A stretch of 64,000 nucleotides of DNA from Salisapilia sapeloensis CBS 127946 (lineage: Eukaryota; Protista; Oomycota): assembly GCA_023334545.1 (NCBI GenBank), contig JAADVB010000032.1:1-64000 (forward strand), written 5' to 3'. Below the pieces are notes generated by a model that saw only the letters and a program-made list of their open reading frames with translations, ran no database searches and had not been told where the DNA came from. This document shows positions 29,967-41,346 of the stretch, piece after piece. How positions within the stretch are numbered: position 1 is the first letter of the stretch; each line of letters opens with the position of its first letter. Position numbers and translations under genes: made by a program.

Positions 29967-32501
29967 ATGACGACAATAGCTGAGCGACTGGAGCGTATGC
30001 GTACGAATCCGCATCGCCGCCAGGTAGGGCAGGTTCCAATGGAGGAAGTCGAACAAGTACTCCAATATCAGCGTGCATTTGTTGCGGAGAAGATCGAATT
30101 TCAAACTGAAGCGATTGATGACTGCGAACACGGTCTGTCAACGCTTCAACATGAAAGAGCGGAGGCGCGGGAGATGCGTCAAATGGCATGGGAAGACCAC
30201 CACTCGCACGAAGTTTTTGGTGAAATAGACAGAATAGCAAAAGCAAAGCAAAAGCGACTGGAATATGAGAGTTCGATGGTAGAAGATCGTCCAACGATAA
30301 CGGATAAACTGAATCTGGCTATTGAGATGAAGTACCTTGAATTCCTTTCTCACGAGCTATCGCTTATGAAGGCAAGGGGTCGCAGCGAATATTTCTGGAC
30401 GAGCTCCAAGTCATCGATGCCTCCATTGCATCGAGCTTGCAAAGGGCGAGAGCGGAGTGTCATAAAATTGCTGCTACAATTCCAAGCTCCATATGAAGCA
30501 TTTGATGCAGATAATCAAGTACAGCATATCAATATCTCTGCCAGTAATTGTTTGCTCACAAGTGAATCTAGAACATATTTCAATTCGTTGCCAGTATGAT
30601 CGACTCCAGTGCAGTCTTTGGCTGGCTGCTAGAGGAACTTCCGGAGAATAAGAACTATCTACTACTCGACTTGGACCGAGACGATCGATCTCTCCTTCAC
30701 TTGGCCGCTTTATCTGGAAATGCAGAAATACTTTCGATCTTGATAGGCCGATGGCTTCCGGACATCGCACTGTCCTTGACTAGTTTAAAGTCAAAAGCGT
30801 CAGGTGATACGGCCCTACATCTTGCAGCACTCTTTGGGCAGAAACAATGCATCCGTCGTCTGTTAGATATTGACACTAGTACGTCCATCGCAGAGAATAA
30901 CGATGGTACAAACCCACTACAATTAGCTCTGAAGCAAACTTTCAACATTAACAGTATCATACAAACCTTTCTCGACCAACTTCAGCACCACCCAAATGAG
31001 CTATCTGACTCCATCTCGGTACTACATCCGATTGAAGGCACGAATTGCCTTCACATGTCCATCGCTAAAGGCTTTCAAGAAGTGACCATACAACTTATCA
31101 GTGCAGTTCAAAGCGAGACATTAGATGTCGGTACATCGATTGGAGACTGGAAACCCATACATCTCGCTCTTCTGACTCAAAGTCGTCTTGTTATCAAAGA
31201 ACTTCTTCGAGTCCAGGCTAATGTAGATGCTGTCAATGAAAATGGCCAAACACCTCTTCTTCAAGCTTGTATTAGTGCCCACTACGATATTGTTCGGCTT
31301 TTATTAGATGCTGGAGCAAATGCCGCTCACCAGAATCATCAGTTACATTCAGCTCTGCACTACCTCGCGTCCTTTTGCCAAGATGAGTCACTGTTTGAAG
31401 ATATCATAGCTGCCGGTGGTGATGTGAACGCGCAGACAGTAAAATTGAACACCCCACTTCACTTTGCTGCAATGGTTGGCAATCAAGTAGCTGTCAGAAT
31501 ACTTTTGGCGCATGGTGCTAATCCAAGAACAACGAATGCTGATAAGAAGAGCATTGTCTATCTTGCAAAGAAATGGAGGTAAGTTCTTACTTTCGAGGAT
31601 TAGTCATCAATTGGTTACTCATTCGGTTTACCACGTCCTTAGACATCGTGAGGTCGAAGCAATGATAAGAGCACAAGCTGATGATGAATATGATAGTTGC
31701 TTTAACGATGACAATGCTCAAAGTACTGGACGTCGATCACCCGGCCAACTATCAAAAGCAGGCCTGATCGGTAATCAGGTAGACCGAATGCCCTCTCGTT
31801 CTGCCGGTTTTACTCGTAGCCGAATTGAACCGAGACCACAAACGGCATTCTCGGATAGCTGTACACCAGCGCCATCAAGTGAACTAATCGTTAAAAATGA
31901 TACTACAGAATCACAGCAGGCCATTAAAGACGAAGACGATGAGTTGATAATTGAAACTCCGCTCCCAGAAACTATAGCTACAGACATCGCTAACAGTAAA
32001 GGTTCAAGTGGAAGTGATTCAGCCTCGCCAATTATCATCCGACCTCCAACTTGTACATTTCGACGTCTAGCTAAACTACACAACGAAGACAATAATTCAA
32101 CCGGACCATCCCCATTCCAGGTGTTTCAATGCTCATCAGCAAACAGCACATCCCCTTTGCGGCCTGTGACACCAGTACGTGACCCTGCTCATCATGCAAA
32201 GGAAAAAGGGGATCTAGAACACTTGATACAACCTCTTGAGAAGTATGCGTTACGAATACCAAAGAAATATATTGATCATCGGCTACAGAAGGACCCTGTG
32301 CATGTTCCATGGGAACTCACAGAACCCATTCCAGCTGCTGAATGCCAGTATCCGACGTTGGAAAGACGCCTAGCTCCAACACTCGCGAATGTAAAAATCA
32401 GTCGCATTCGAAGTCACTTTGCCAACTTTAAACCGCTCTACTGGCCGAGTCAAGCAAATGTCGATTCCTCCGCACGGAAGCTTTCTTCGTCCACAACATA
32501 G
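29967..32501 (+). CDS. Ankyrin-repeat protein (three exons; N-terminal coiled coil, about 9 ankyrin repeats, disordered tail)
   Basis: Repeats PPLHRAC, SLLHLAA, TALHLAA, NPLQLAL, NCLHMSI, KPIHLAL, TPLLQAC, SALHYLA, TPLHFAA. Introns after ADNQ (GTACAG...CTAG) and after KKW (GTAAGT...TTAG) restore the frame. Confidence 0.85.
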
Positions 32502-33213
32502 ATTCATTCCGATTGTCAAAAGATACTTGATTTGTATGATTGGTGAAAGATATGCTGTGTATGCAGTTGATACGAACGTGTAGTCGTCCAACTTCTTTCG
32601 GCCTAGTTTGTAAACCTGCAACATCCTTTGTGTTGATGGCTCGTTGGTTGTCACCGTAAAGCATTGGCTTTGGAGTATAGTCTACCATTCCAAGCTGCAA
32701 AGCAAGACGCTGTAAATACCCCATCGGCTCCAGCTGCATGATTGGTAACTCAACTACCTGCTCTTTAGTAGACGTAAGGGGAATAGCAAAATTAGCGGTC
32801 CCGTGGAGGTGTTGCTCATTAAAAAAGTCCAGCCTCCAAACTTGAATTTCAAGTCCTGGCCAAGATCGAGGATAGTGTGCAGACGCGATAGCAAGATGGA
32901 ATTCGACAGGTTGCGTCCACACAACATCGAGATTTGTCTTTTTATCATTGCTGATGAAACTCGAGGACTGTTGAGTTGAGTGAAATGCACAAACGTGAGT
33001 CCAACCACATTCTTCGCCTTGGATAACTTGCCAACGATGATTCGCATTGGAGCGGCTATCAATATCGACAACTCTCCATCTGCAAAAGAAACTCTGATCT
33101 TGGCTCGGATGAAGACTTAGTCGATCAAAGCAGCTTTGCAAATAAGATTTATGAGCCCAAAGAAGTTGAGATGCACCAATAAGTTCGCCTTGTACAACAA
33201 CATCCAAGGACAT
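32428..33213 (-). CDS. B9 (C2-like) domain ciliary transition-zone protein, B9D2-like
   Basis: LDVVVQGELIGA; FFCRWRVV; WQVIQGEECGWTH; VVWTQPVEFH; WPGLEIQVWRLD; G.ANFAIP; LQTRPKEVGRLHVRINCI. Likely start MSLDVV at 33213. Confidence 0.75.
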   Translation of the reverse strand: MSLDVVVQGELIGASQLLWAHKSYLQSCFDRLSLHPSQDQSFFCRWRVVDIDSRSNANHRWQVIQGEECGWTHVCAFHSTQQSSSFISNDKKTNLDVVWTQPVEFHLAIASAHYPRSWPGLEIQVWRLDFFNEQHLHGTANFAIPLTSTKEQVVELPIMQLEPMGYLQRLALQLGMVDYTPKPMLYGDNQRAINTKDVAGLQTRPKEVGRLHVRINCIHSISFTNHTNQVSFDNRNESMLWTKKASVRRNRHLLDSASRAV

Positions 33214-33334
33214 GTTTCTACCAAGTGTCGCTTCAGCATAAAGTAACTTGAAACTCTCAAAGTGCATGTATTTGATTAGAAATTGAATCGAACTGTATAG
33301 AGTCTTTCGATGTAATCCACTGCATTATTTTTTC

Positions 33335-35374
33335 TTATCTTGCTGTGGAAGGCGCTAGCAACGGTGCTTCGTCCGGATCATCTACCCGGCCCTCATTATC
33401 TGTCCTAGCTAAACCTTTCTCCATGTCATCTACGTCTTCCATATCGACACCGTCCCACATCAACCGCAAATCTCCAGGGTTCTGCCATGCAGTCATAGTC
33501 AGCGTACCTAATGTCAAAGGCACGAGGTACATCAACGCTGGCTGTCCAGTTTGCGTCAACGCTACTGCCACATTGGCCATAGCCAGACCAACTGCATACG
33601 CGATGCCAACTACAGTGTAGTATCCACTTCCGCCATAAACTTCCGAGTAATCAGCTCTGAGCGCAAACGAAAGCAACATTCCTGGCAAGATAATATCTCC
33701 GAGACCTAGCAGACTACTTCCACCAAGCCAGCTAAAGAAACGAGGGATTTGCAGCAGCATCGGCATTAACTCTGGATCGACACAAGCAGGGTAGTCTGGA
33801 TATCTCTCACAAAAGTCTACACCAGGATACCCTTTCCTGCTGGAAGCAGGAGGACCCCCAGTTGCCACATCTTGCATGACACTACTACCGAAAAGCAGTG
33901 GCGAGATGAAGACGAAAAAGACGTCATAGGCAAAAGCTAGAGAAAGAAGGATTAAACCAACTTTAAGACTAGGCAGACGGACATTCCGAAGGAACACAAA
34001 GCACAAGCATACGCCAAAAGTATCCTGGATGGCCCACCATGTACGACGGTGGACATACCACAAGGCAGCGATGGTGAGACTTGTAGCGTATCCTGCGATT
34101 TCAGCCACAGACACCATGTTGTCAGTGATGAAAGACGGAGATTTAAACTGTTTCGACGCGAGGGTAGATGGAAGAACAAACTGCCATGCCGGGACGGCAA
34201 CAAGGTGACCAAAGGCATCAAAGGATGCTATGCAGAAGAGGAGAGGGAGGACGACGCCAATGTTGACATAGTACAATAAGGTCAGGAACAATCCGGCACA
34301 GATGATGAAAGCAACAGCGTGCTTGGCTTCAATCTCCCATATGCCATTGTCCTCCTGTGATCCAGATTGACGTCGGATAACGGGTCCAGTCGGTGCAGGT
34401 GCCGTAATTCGATGTGTACGAAGTTTCCACTGATACCGCTCATAGGCCGCAGAGTAGTAGGCTGCAGCAAGTGCTGTTGCAACGCCCAATGCCCATATTG
34501 TGATGGATGAAAAGTCTAGCAAAGGGAATGGACGTTCTGACATTTTCATGAGCAAGTCCGGGTACTTTGCTAGTGCATTATGCAGCATGAGTCCTTCGGC
34601 GATTGTAATGTACCCGACTGGAATGGACACTTGTCGAGTAGCACTCGTGTTCTGTGCACCCATGATGATAAACTTATCCCACATACAGCAGAGCTGATGT
34701 CCTCCTTTGCCACTATCAAAGACTCCTGTCGCTACGCATAGGTCAGACTCGCACAAATTGTTCGTATAACACGTCGGATGGTCTGTCTCCCACGCCGGTG
34801 TTTCCAGTGTAGGTACATAGGCTTCTCCATGACTACAATCGTATTCAAATGGTGGCTTTACCACTGAAGTGTCCTTTCCTCTTGGCACAGTTGCCACAAG
34901 GGACGTCGTATCGTTGCGTTCTGCACCGTGGATAGCATTATAAATAGCTTCTTTCGTGCTCCGAATAACAATGGCAGATGCACCGGCATTTTGTGCATTC
35001 GCTGCTTTCTCTGAGAATGAGCAATTGCCTCGATCAACAATGACCGTCGCGTGGTTCACAGACGCATGGTCGAAATCGCTCGCATTGCAGCCTAGTGCTG
35101 TACGAGGATGTAGCTCATACAAAGGGTTCCATCTAGCATAAGAATGCCGTGGAAATTTTCCTCCCCATCCACCATTTCGACTCGGAGCTGCTAGAAATTC
35201 GCCAAATTTAGGTTGATCGAGGTGCTTATGAGGCACTTGTTCCAAAGTGAGGAGTCCTGTTGGTACCACAGCAAGACAGAAGTTTGTGTGATAGATATGA
35301 AACAATCCTATCAAAGTCCACGTCGTATATAAGACAGACAGAAGCCTTGACATCGAAGCGAAGGATCTGCCCAT
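33335..35374 (-). CDS. SPPL2: Signal peptide peptidase-like (SPPL2-type) GxGD aspartyl intramembrane protease with a PA domain
   Basis: Signal/TM at the N-terminus, PA domain (VIVDRGNCSFSEKAANAQNAGASAIVI), catalytic YDVFFVF and LGLGD, QPALMYLVP motif. Confidence 0.9.
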   Translation of the reverse strand: MGRSFASMSRLLSVLYTTWTLIGLFHIYHTNFCLAVVPTGLLTLEQVPHKHLDQPKFGEFLAAPSRNGGWGGKFPRHSYARWNPLYELHPRTALGCNASDFDHASVNHATVIVDRGNCSFSEKAANAQNAGASAIVIRSTKEAIYNAIHGAERNDTTSLVATVPRGKDTSVVKPPFEYDCSHGEAYVPTLETPAWETDHPTCYTNNLCESDLCVATGVFDSGKGGHQLCCMWDKFIIMGAQNTSATRQVSIPVGYITIAEGLMLHNALAKYPDLLMKMSERPFPLLDFSSITIWALGVATALAAAYYSAAYERYQWKLRTHRITAPAPTGPVIRRQSGSQEDNGIWEIEAKHAVAFIICAGLFLTLLYYVNIGVVLPLLFCIASFDAFGHLVAVPAWQFVLPSTLASKQFKSPSFITDNMVSVAEIAGYATSLTIAALWYVHRRTWWAIQDTFGVCLCFVFLRNVRLPSLKVGLILLSLAFAYDVFFVFISPLLFGSSVMQDVATGGPPASSRKGYPGVDFCERYPDYPACVDPELMPMLLQIPRFFSWLGGSSLLGLGDIILPGMLLSFALRADYSEVYGGSGYYTVVGIAYAVGLAMANVAVALTQTGQPALMYLVPLTLGTLTMTAWQNPGDLRLMWDGVDMEDVDDMEKGLARTDNEGRVDDPDEAPLLAPSTAR

Positions 35375-35964
35375 CTTTTTGCTCTTCGACGTCGAAACGG
35401 ATAAATTATGCTTGATGTTGCACGAAGGTAACATGTAGCCATTCAGTCATTAACATCAAGATGCATCCACGAAAAGGTAGGAAGGAAGAGGAGACTTTGC
35501 AAGACTAAGTGACAAGCCAATTCGAAAGAGCTACTACCAACCTCAGCAGAGCATAATTATCATTTAGATGGAACTGTGTCTAGGGTAGAAAAGAATTTTA
35601 TTTCGTTTTACAGCATTGCTGCCTTTGAAGGCTTCTCGAAGCAGATCCATTGGACAGTTGGAGAGGAATGACTAGCCCAATGTACAAAAAGTCGATGTCG
35701 ATTTCCACACTCTCGTCGGTCGACCGCGAAAGCTTTATTGCCACCCTTACAAAGTGAAAGCTCTGATGGCAATAGCCTGAGATAGCTAGAGGTCAAATAT
35801 ATGACTATGCTTTCCACCTCCCGCACCTTGCACCACTTCAAGAGACAGAGAATCCTTCTTTATTTGCATATTCGACTACCCTTCTCCCTTTTATAACAGG
35901 GCGTTGTTTGCACAACTCAATTAATTTGAAGGTTTCTTGACATGATCAGTCTTTTGGTCTTTCC

Positions 35965-36246
35965 ATGCCCTCTTTGTCAGTGTGCTATGAGCATGGATTA
36001 GTTAGTTTAATTTCAGCTGACGAGCTACGGGATCCAATCGCCAAAAGTTCTGATCGGCGCAATGCTGTTGGAGGAAGGAACGTTGACACTACAGCTTTAG
36101 TTCGAAATGATATTGAGATCCAAGGGGATGTAGAAGATTTCGATAGGATCCCAGAAGTTTTGCCGCTTCTTGAAACACTATTTAGTAAACGAGAGGAAGA
36201 AGAGCATTTAAAAGAAGAGAAATATGTCGGTGAAGAAACATTGTGA
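35965..36246 (+). CDS. Small hypothetical acidic protein (93 aa)
   Basis: ORF with protein-like composition (Glu-rich end); the opposite-strand ORF has a Ser-rich antisense character; fits the divergent/convergent gene layout. No family recognised. Confidence 0.35.
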   Translation: MPSLSVCYEHGLVSLISADELRDPIAKSSDRRNAVGGRNVDTTALVRNDIEIQGDVEDFDRIPEVLPLLETLFSKREEEEHLKEEKYVGEETL

Positions 36247-36274
36247 AAGCGGTAAAGACCGCCGTATAAAACTA

Positions 36275-36856
36275 TCATTTGGTTGTATCATTCGTTTTCT
36301 CCTCATCTACCAACTCGTTTTCTTGGTTTATGGGCAAGACAACATCCTTTGGTGGTGAGCTTGTGGTCCCTCCTGCCACCGTCGAGTCTGCTTGCCATAC
36401 TTTGTAAAGGCATACTCCTGCCACGACTTTCGACAAGTCACACACAACCATGGCAATGACTGCAAAGCGATGTGTATTACATCCTGGAAAGTAGTCTGTT
36501 GCGCCACCACAACTTAGTATAGATACGCCTGTGGTGCCACAGAACTGGTCATAGAAGACGCTTCCAGTAGCCCATAAGCCGATCCAAATGAGATTGGTAA
36601 CGACCGAAGTACCGGCGACCCCAAGAGGTAGTAGGAGCTCATTCCATGAATGGGACTGGATGTACTCAGGACAAAACCAGGCTAATGCCCATAAAGCAAG
36701 AGCAAAATTATACGCTGGAAATGCAACATACGAGAGCTGCATGAGCAAACTACTCACGAGTTGCACCCATATCGATCTTTGTATCATTTTCCATCGCTTC
36801 TTCTGCCGATGCTCAAGCGTAGATGTGCGTGGTAGACTCAATGTCCCGTCTGACAT
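36275..36856 (-). CDS. Small 3-4 TM membrane protein, AGTRAP-like
   Basis: Hydrophobic helices; FPAYNFALALWAL, SVVTNLIWIGLW and HRFAVIAMVVCDLSK resemble the AGTRAP family pattern. Likely start MSDGTL at 36856. Confidence 0.55.
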   Translation of the reverse strand: MSDGTLSLPRTSTLEHRQKKRWKMIQRSIWVQLVSSLLMQLSYVAFPAYNFALALWALAWFCPEYIQSHSWNELLLPLGVAGTSVVTNLIWIGLWATGSVFYDQFCGTTGVSILSCGGATDYFPGCNTHRFAVIAMVVCDLSKVVAGVCLYKVWQADSTVAGGTTSSPPKDVVLPINQENELVDEEKTNDTTK

Positions 36857-36944
36857 GGTGCGTACCTCTTTATTTAAATGTAAACATAGCAACCGTTTCG
36901 TTGGTACAAATCGACTCGCGTAAAGGTTTCGTCCGTTCATTAGC

Positions 36945-38975
36945 TCAATTATCAGATCTGACATCCGCAAGAGTTTTCGTGAATCCTACTGACCTCTCCT
37001 CCCTACGTCTACGGAGTTGCTGACCTAAATGACGAAGAATTAAAATATCTAGGTCTTGCAGACATCGTTCTGGAATAACGCCTTGATCGGACTGCTCCAG
37101 CACATGACTGCGTACAGTAACGGAGGTTTGTCGATGTTGCTGGGAGGCCTTGCGCTCGAGACTATCTATCTTTCGTAATGCATTTTGCTCTGCTTCGTCG
37201 TTCTGCTTGTCTATCTGGCCTAGGTTAAGAGCTTGCTTCCATCCCCTCGCCTCCAGCCACAAGTCACCTGCAGCATCCACCTCACCCTTCCGCCAGAGCA
37301 GGAGGGTAAGATTGTATTTAATAGCGATTGAAGATGAAAATAACTGCAGTCCTTTGTGCAGCACCGATATGCCTACATCGGCGCCTTGAACACATGTAGC
37401 AGCAGATGATAGGTTCACGAGCGTGGCTTCATACGCGAGTAGAAGTTCATTCATGACACCATCCATCTCTAAATCATCCTTTCTCGATACGAGACTGGAA
37501 AGGAACGGTTCTACCATCTCGTTCAGGTGATGTTGACAATCTTGAATACGCTCTAGGCAGAGTAGAGCATCGGCCTTGTATAACTGCAAGTATGAGATTG
37601 CTTGCATCTCTTGGGCAGTAGTGGGAGGTCCGAGAGAGGAGAGATAGCCTTCACATTTGCGAAGGGCAAGCGTTGGACGATTGCTCTGTTTAACAGGTTT
37701 TCGAACTTGTTAGCAATCGTAGCTACTCGTCGTATGTATGACATATTGAAGATTGTACTTGAAGGTTGGCATATATGTAGTCTTGGATAGCTTCCAGCCA
37801 TTCCTCTTGAGCGGATGTGTATCTCTTCAATGTAAAGTACTCTTCAAAGTATCCTATTGCTTGATCCCAGTTCCCTAATATTCGTCACTAAGCCACCGTA
37901 GTTAGAATAGCGAAGGTTACATTTTACCGTTATTCATAGCCGCACTTGCTAGTCGTCTCTGTAGCTCAGATGCAGGAAGTGTAGAGCCCCAAGATACCGG
38001 AAGCACCTGATCTAAAATATCCTTTTGAAAGACATTAAGCATTCCTTCTTTGCATCCACTCTCGCTGTCGTGAAGTTCCAATGCTTTTGTGTAATGCTTT
38101 AGCATCTGTATCTGAGCAACATAGTTTTCCCATGAATCCAATAGGACGGCGTAGTTGGCAATACTACTCGGAAGATTTGGTCTAATTTCTAAAGACCTCT
38201 TTAAATCTGCAGCAGCTTGCTTCGTATCTTGAATATGTTTCTTTGCTTGGACCCAGGCACTTAAGTTTAAACATGATGTCACTTCATAGTCACTTTGTAA
38301 ACATGTTCGTAGTTCGTCTGCTGCAGCGTCAATGTCTCCGCATCGGTACATCGCGACGGCACGCCAGTAAGCTACTAGGCCATACCATGGACTCGGATTG
38401 GGCTCATTATTGAAACGGTGCTTTTGGATGTGATCAAGATGATCGAGCGCTTGCTTCGGGTTATTCTCTAAAAGTAAAGAGATTATGGAGAGTAAGAAGC
38501 GAGCATGCACACAAAGAAGAGGGCTGTCGGATTGGCGGTCGATTATAATAGTAAGCCATTCGACTATTGTGAATGTAGGATGTTGATGGCGAAGCCAAAA
38601 GATAGCGAGGGTGATTGCCAGTCGGACGATTGGCAGAGCAGGACATTGTCTATTGGCAAGCAACATACGCAAATTTCTTTTTGCATATAGTTCTTCCATC
38701 TGCAATGTCTTTTGGCTGTCTAGATCATTCGATTGATCGTCTTCTGGCTCTACAATCGATTCAGCTTGCCGATAGTACCCACCCAGCTTTGCTATTGCCC
38801 TCATTAATTGGCTATCAGTCATGGAGGATGAATCCGAAAGAGATTCTTTTGCATCACTTATGACTTCGTCCACATATGCATTCACTAGCAAAAGTTTTTG
38901 CTCTCTAGATGTAGAGCTATTGACAGCTAAAGCAGCTCGTAGCTCCTCTTCGAGGCGTCCAACTTTCGTGTCCAT
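36945..38975 (-). CDS. TPR-like alpha-solenoid protein (at least three exons)
   Basis: Helical repeats (YGLVAYWRAVAMYRCGDIDAAADELRTCL; SIANYAVLL; IKYNLTLLLWRKGEVDAAGDLW). Introns near 37926-37874 and about 37772-37700; exact boundaries uncertain. Confidence 0.65.
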
Positions 38976-39645
38976 GTTTGTTGTTTGCTGGCATACAAAA
39001 GTTAGATGAGAAGTATAAGAAAACATGTACACAACGCGGAACAACTTCAAATCAAAATGTCATTTTAGCTGTCGTCTGGTATTTAGCAAAGGATTGTAGC
39101 TTGTATTCTCTTCTCGATTTACTTCCTTCTCAAGAAAGACATTTATAGCAGATTAAGTAAAAACAGCCAAAACCCATATTGTGATTTACATCGACGGCTC
39201 TGACTTTTTCATCTGTATATGAAAAGCATTGGTTTGGACAGTATAAACCAAAATGTTGAAACATTGAACGATCGTATTTATCTCGGAAGATGCTCGTTTC
39301 ATTTCAGTTGGCAATGGTGTAAAGTTTGATATGCTTAGTAGTATTGCAGGATGATCAAACTGATCTAACATTAATAAGACGTAAAGATATTCTTGCGAAA
39401 ACTACGAGCTTTACCTTGGTATGATGACCATCAAGTCGATTGTGAGTATATATCAGATTTGACGACGGAGATACCATCAGACTGCAAAAGAAAAGGCAAT
39501 CGTGTAGCAGATAAGGACTACAGCCATACGTAGCGAAGAAATACAATATTGCGAATAGAAATAATTACAATTTGAAAAGAATAGAAAACGAAATGACTTG
39601 AGTCCATTTTTAAAGACATAAATCAAGCTACTGTCTGTAATACTA

Positions 39646-39665
39646 CTCGAAAGCATGCTTTCGAG
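39646..39665. repeat. Perfect 20-bp palindrome CTCGAAAGCATGCTTTCGAG
   Basis: Self-reverse-complementary; read directly from the sequence, 35 bp past the stop of the 39700 gene. Confidence 0.9.
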
Positions 39666-39699
39666 CACTCCTATCTCTCCATGCTAGTATTCGTTTAAC

Positions 39700-41139
39700 C
39701 TACGGAAATGGATCTTTTGGAGGTGAGGTTGGCGATGGCACAAGATAGAGTTTTTCCAAGGCTGGCAAATGCGTCACTAGATACTGCAGTAGATCATGCG
39801 TCACGTTCTTCACACCCTTCACCTCGTGCTGCACCATACTAACAATTTCCACCAAAGTCGTGTCATCATTGGACTTTGTAATACGCAGCGCGATCAAAAA
39901 GTCACTGATCCAATTGACTACTTTTTCAGAGGAGCCATCTGAGCGGGATTGAGACGGTAATAAAGTAGTCGCTTTGTTCCTGGAGCTAGAAGCTGAGCTG
40001 CTACTGCTAGAGGCCGATGACTTGGTCCCTTTCGTATGAGCAACTAGCGATGTGTAATCATCTTGCACCAATCGGGCAACCACGACGCATCCTTCTTTAT
40101 GGGTGAATTTAGACAGGATTACAGGAAGTCGCTGAGATGGCATCGATGCATTTATTTGAACCTCGTAAAGCGACAAGCAGGCGGAAAGCATGGAATAGAC
40201 CGCACCCGACTCGCGAATAATTGGAATTAGTCCATTAACCACGTGCTCCTCTTGTAAGACTTTCCATATCTCATCCGCTAATTCATCGACCGATAGACAA
40301 TCTGACAGTTGTCGAGTGCAGCGTGACGCAAATACATTGTCGCTTTTTTTGCTTACTCCGATATACCATCCACGAGATTGGCACTTTTGCTGGAAATTGA
40401 CGGATGAAATAGCAAACGATTCCAAAACATCGAGAGCTTTCTCGGCGTTGACTTGAGCAATACGATCCAGCTGACTTTCAATCTTCTCTTCTGAAAACAC
40501 AAGATGATCTGCTCTGCCTTCGCATTGAGCTTTCCATTCATCTAAAACCTTCATTCGCTGCTCGTACGAAGCATTACTTTGCTCACCACTTTCACTTTGT
40601 CCGCTTAGTTGCGTCTCCTTCCGACGGATATTGGCGTATTCAAACAAAGGAGCCGACGCCACCATTATCCGCAGGTCTTCTTCCCACTTCTGGTGCTTCC
40701 GAAGCTTCTCTCTTAGAAAATTGGATCGATCGGAATGCTGGAGCAACATCTCCGCGAGCTTCCGCTTGTCTCTCCCTTCATGCAATTCTACTTCCTCCTT
40801 GTCCAATTCTTGATGAAGAGCGTTGACTTCAATTTCCGCTTGACGTAGCTGACTCGAAATGTCGGCCAAGGTACCTAGAGTACCTTTTCGACTTTTCTGA
40901 GCAGACTCATTAAAATCAATCTGACGAGAGCTCCTCCTCCTAGATTCCTGGTCGGAACCGCGAAGCGTAATTGGGGCACTTGCACTCACCGTCGATGATG
41001 TCATGGTGGATGTCGACTTGCTCGATCCGTTCGAGTTGTTTCCTTCCGTCTCCATCAAGTCCGCTACATTCTCTCCATCGCCACAAGTTACCACTGGTGG
41101 TGGCTTTATCTCCAACTCTTCCTCTTCTCCTTTCTTCAT
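39700..41139 (-). CDS. Coiled-coil/bZIP-like plus START-like C-terminal protein (oomycete M96-like family)
   Basis: Disordered N-terminus, basic/heptad segment (LRQAEIEVNALHQEL...RSNFLREKLRK), then an alpha/beta C-terminal domain. First ATG at 41139. Confidence 0.6.
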   Translation of the reverse strand: MKKGEEEELEIKPPPVVTCGDGENVADLMETEGNNSNGSSKSTSTMTSSTVSASAPITLRGSDQESRRRSSRQIDFNESAQKSRKGTLGTLADISSQLRQAEIEVNALHQELDKEEVELHEGRDKRKLAEMLLQHSDRSNFLREKLRKHQKWEEDLRIMVASAPLFEYANIRRKETQLSGQSESGEQSNASYEQRMKVLDEWKAQCEGRADHLVFSEEKIESQLDRIAQVNAEKALDVLESFAISSVNFQQKCQSRGWYIGVSKKSDNVFASRCTRQLSDCLSVDELADEIWKVLQEEHVVNGLIPIIRESGAVYSMLSACLSLYEVQINASMPSQRLPVILSKFTHKEGCVVVARLVQDDYTSLVAHTKGTKSSASSSSSSASSSRNKATTLLPSQSRSDGSSEKVVNWISDFLIALRITKSNDDTTLVEIVSMVQHEVKGVKNVTHDLLQYLVTHLPALEKLYLVPSPTSPPKDPFP

Positions 41140-41346
41140 ATGCACTGCTTTCAACCGTCCAAGATGCTTTTGCTTCTAGATGCGATGTTCGAGAGTAGTC
41201 GACGATTGTTCTTTATGTCTGGGACCAGGCTCCACGCGGTAGAATTTAGATCAGTTTACTGACCAACTGGACGCTTCTAAAGAAGTGGACGAAATAAAAA
41301 CTAAATAACACCGAATAGACTTGTCATCTTGTTCTTTCGCATACAC

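Noticed and set aside
39050-39700. AT-rich gap with splice-like signals and short ORFs, one frame with an in-frame TGA
   Set aside because: No consistent reading frame or homology motif; likely UTR/promoter sequence, perhaps with a 5' UTR intron of the TPR-like gene.
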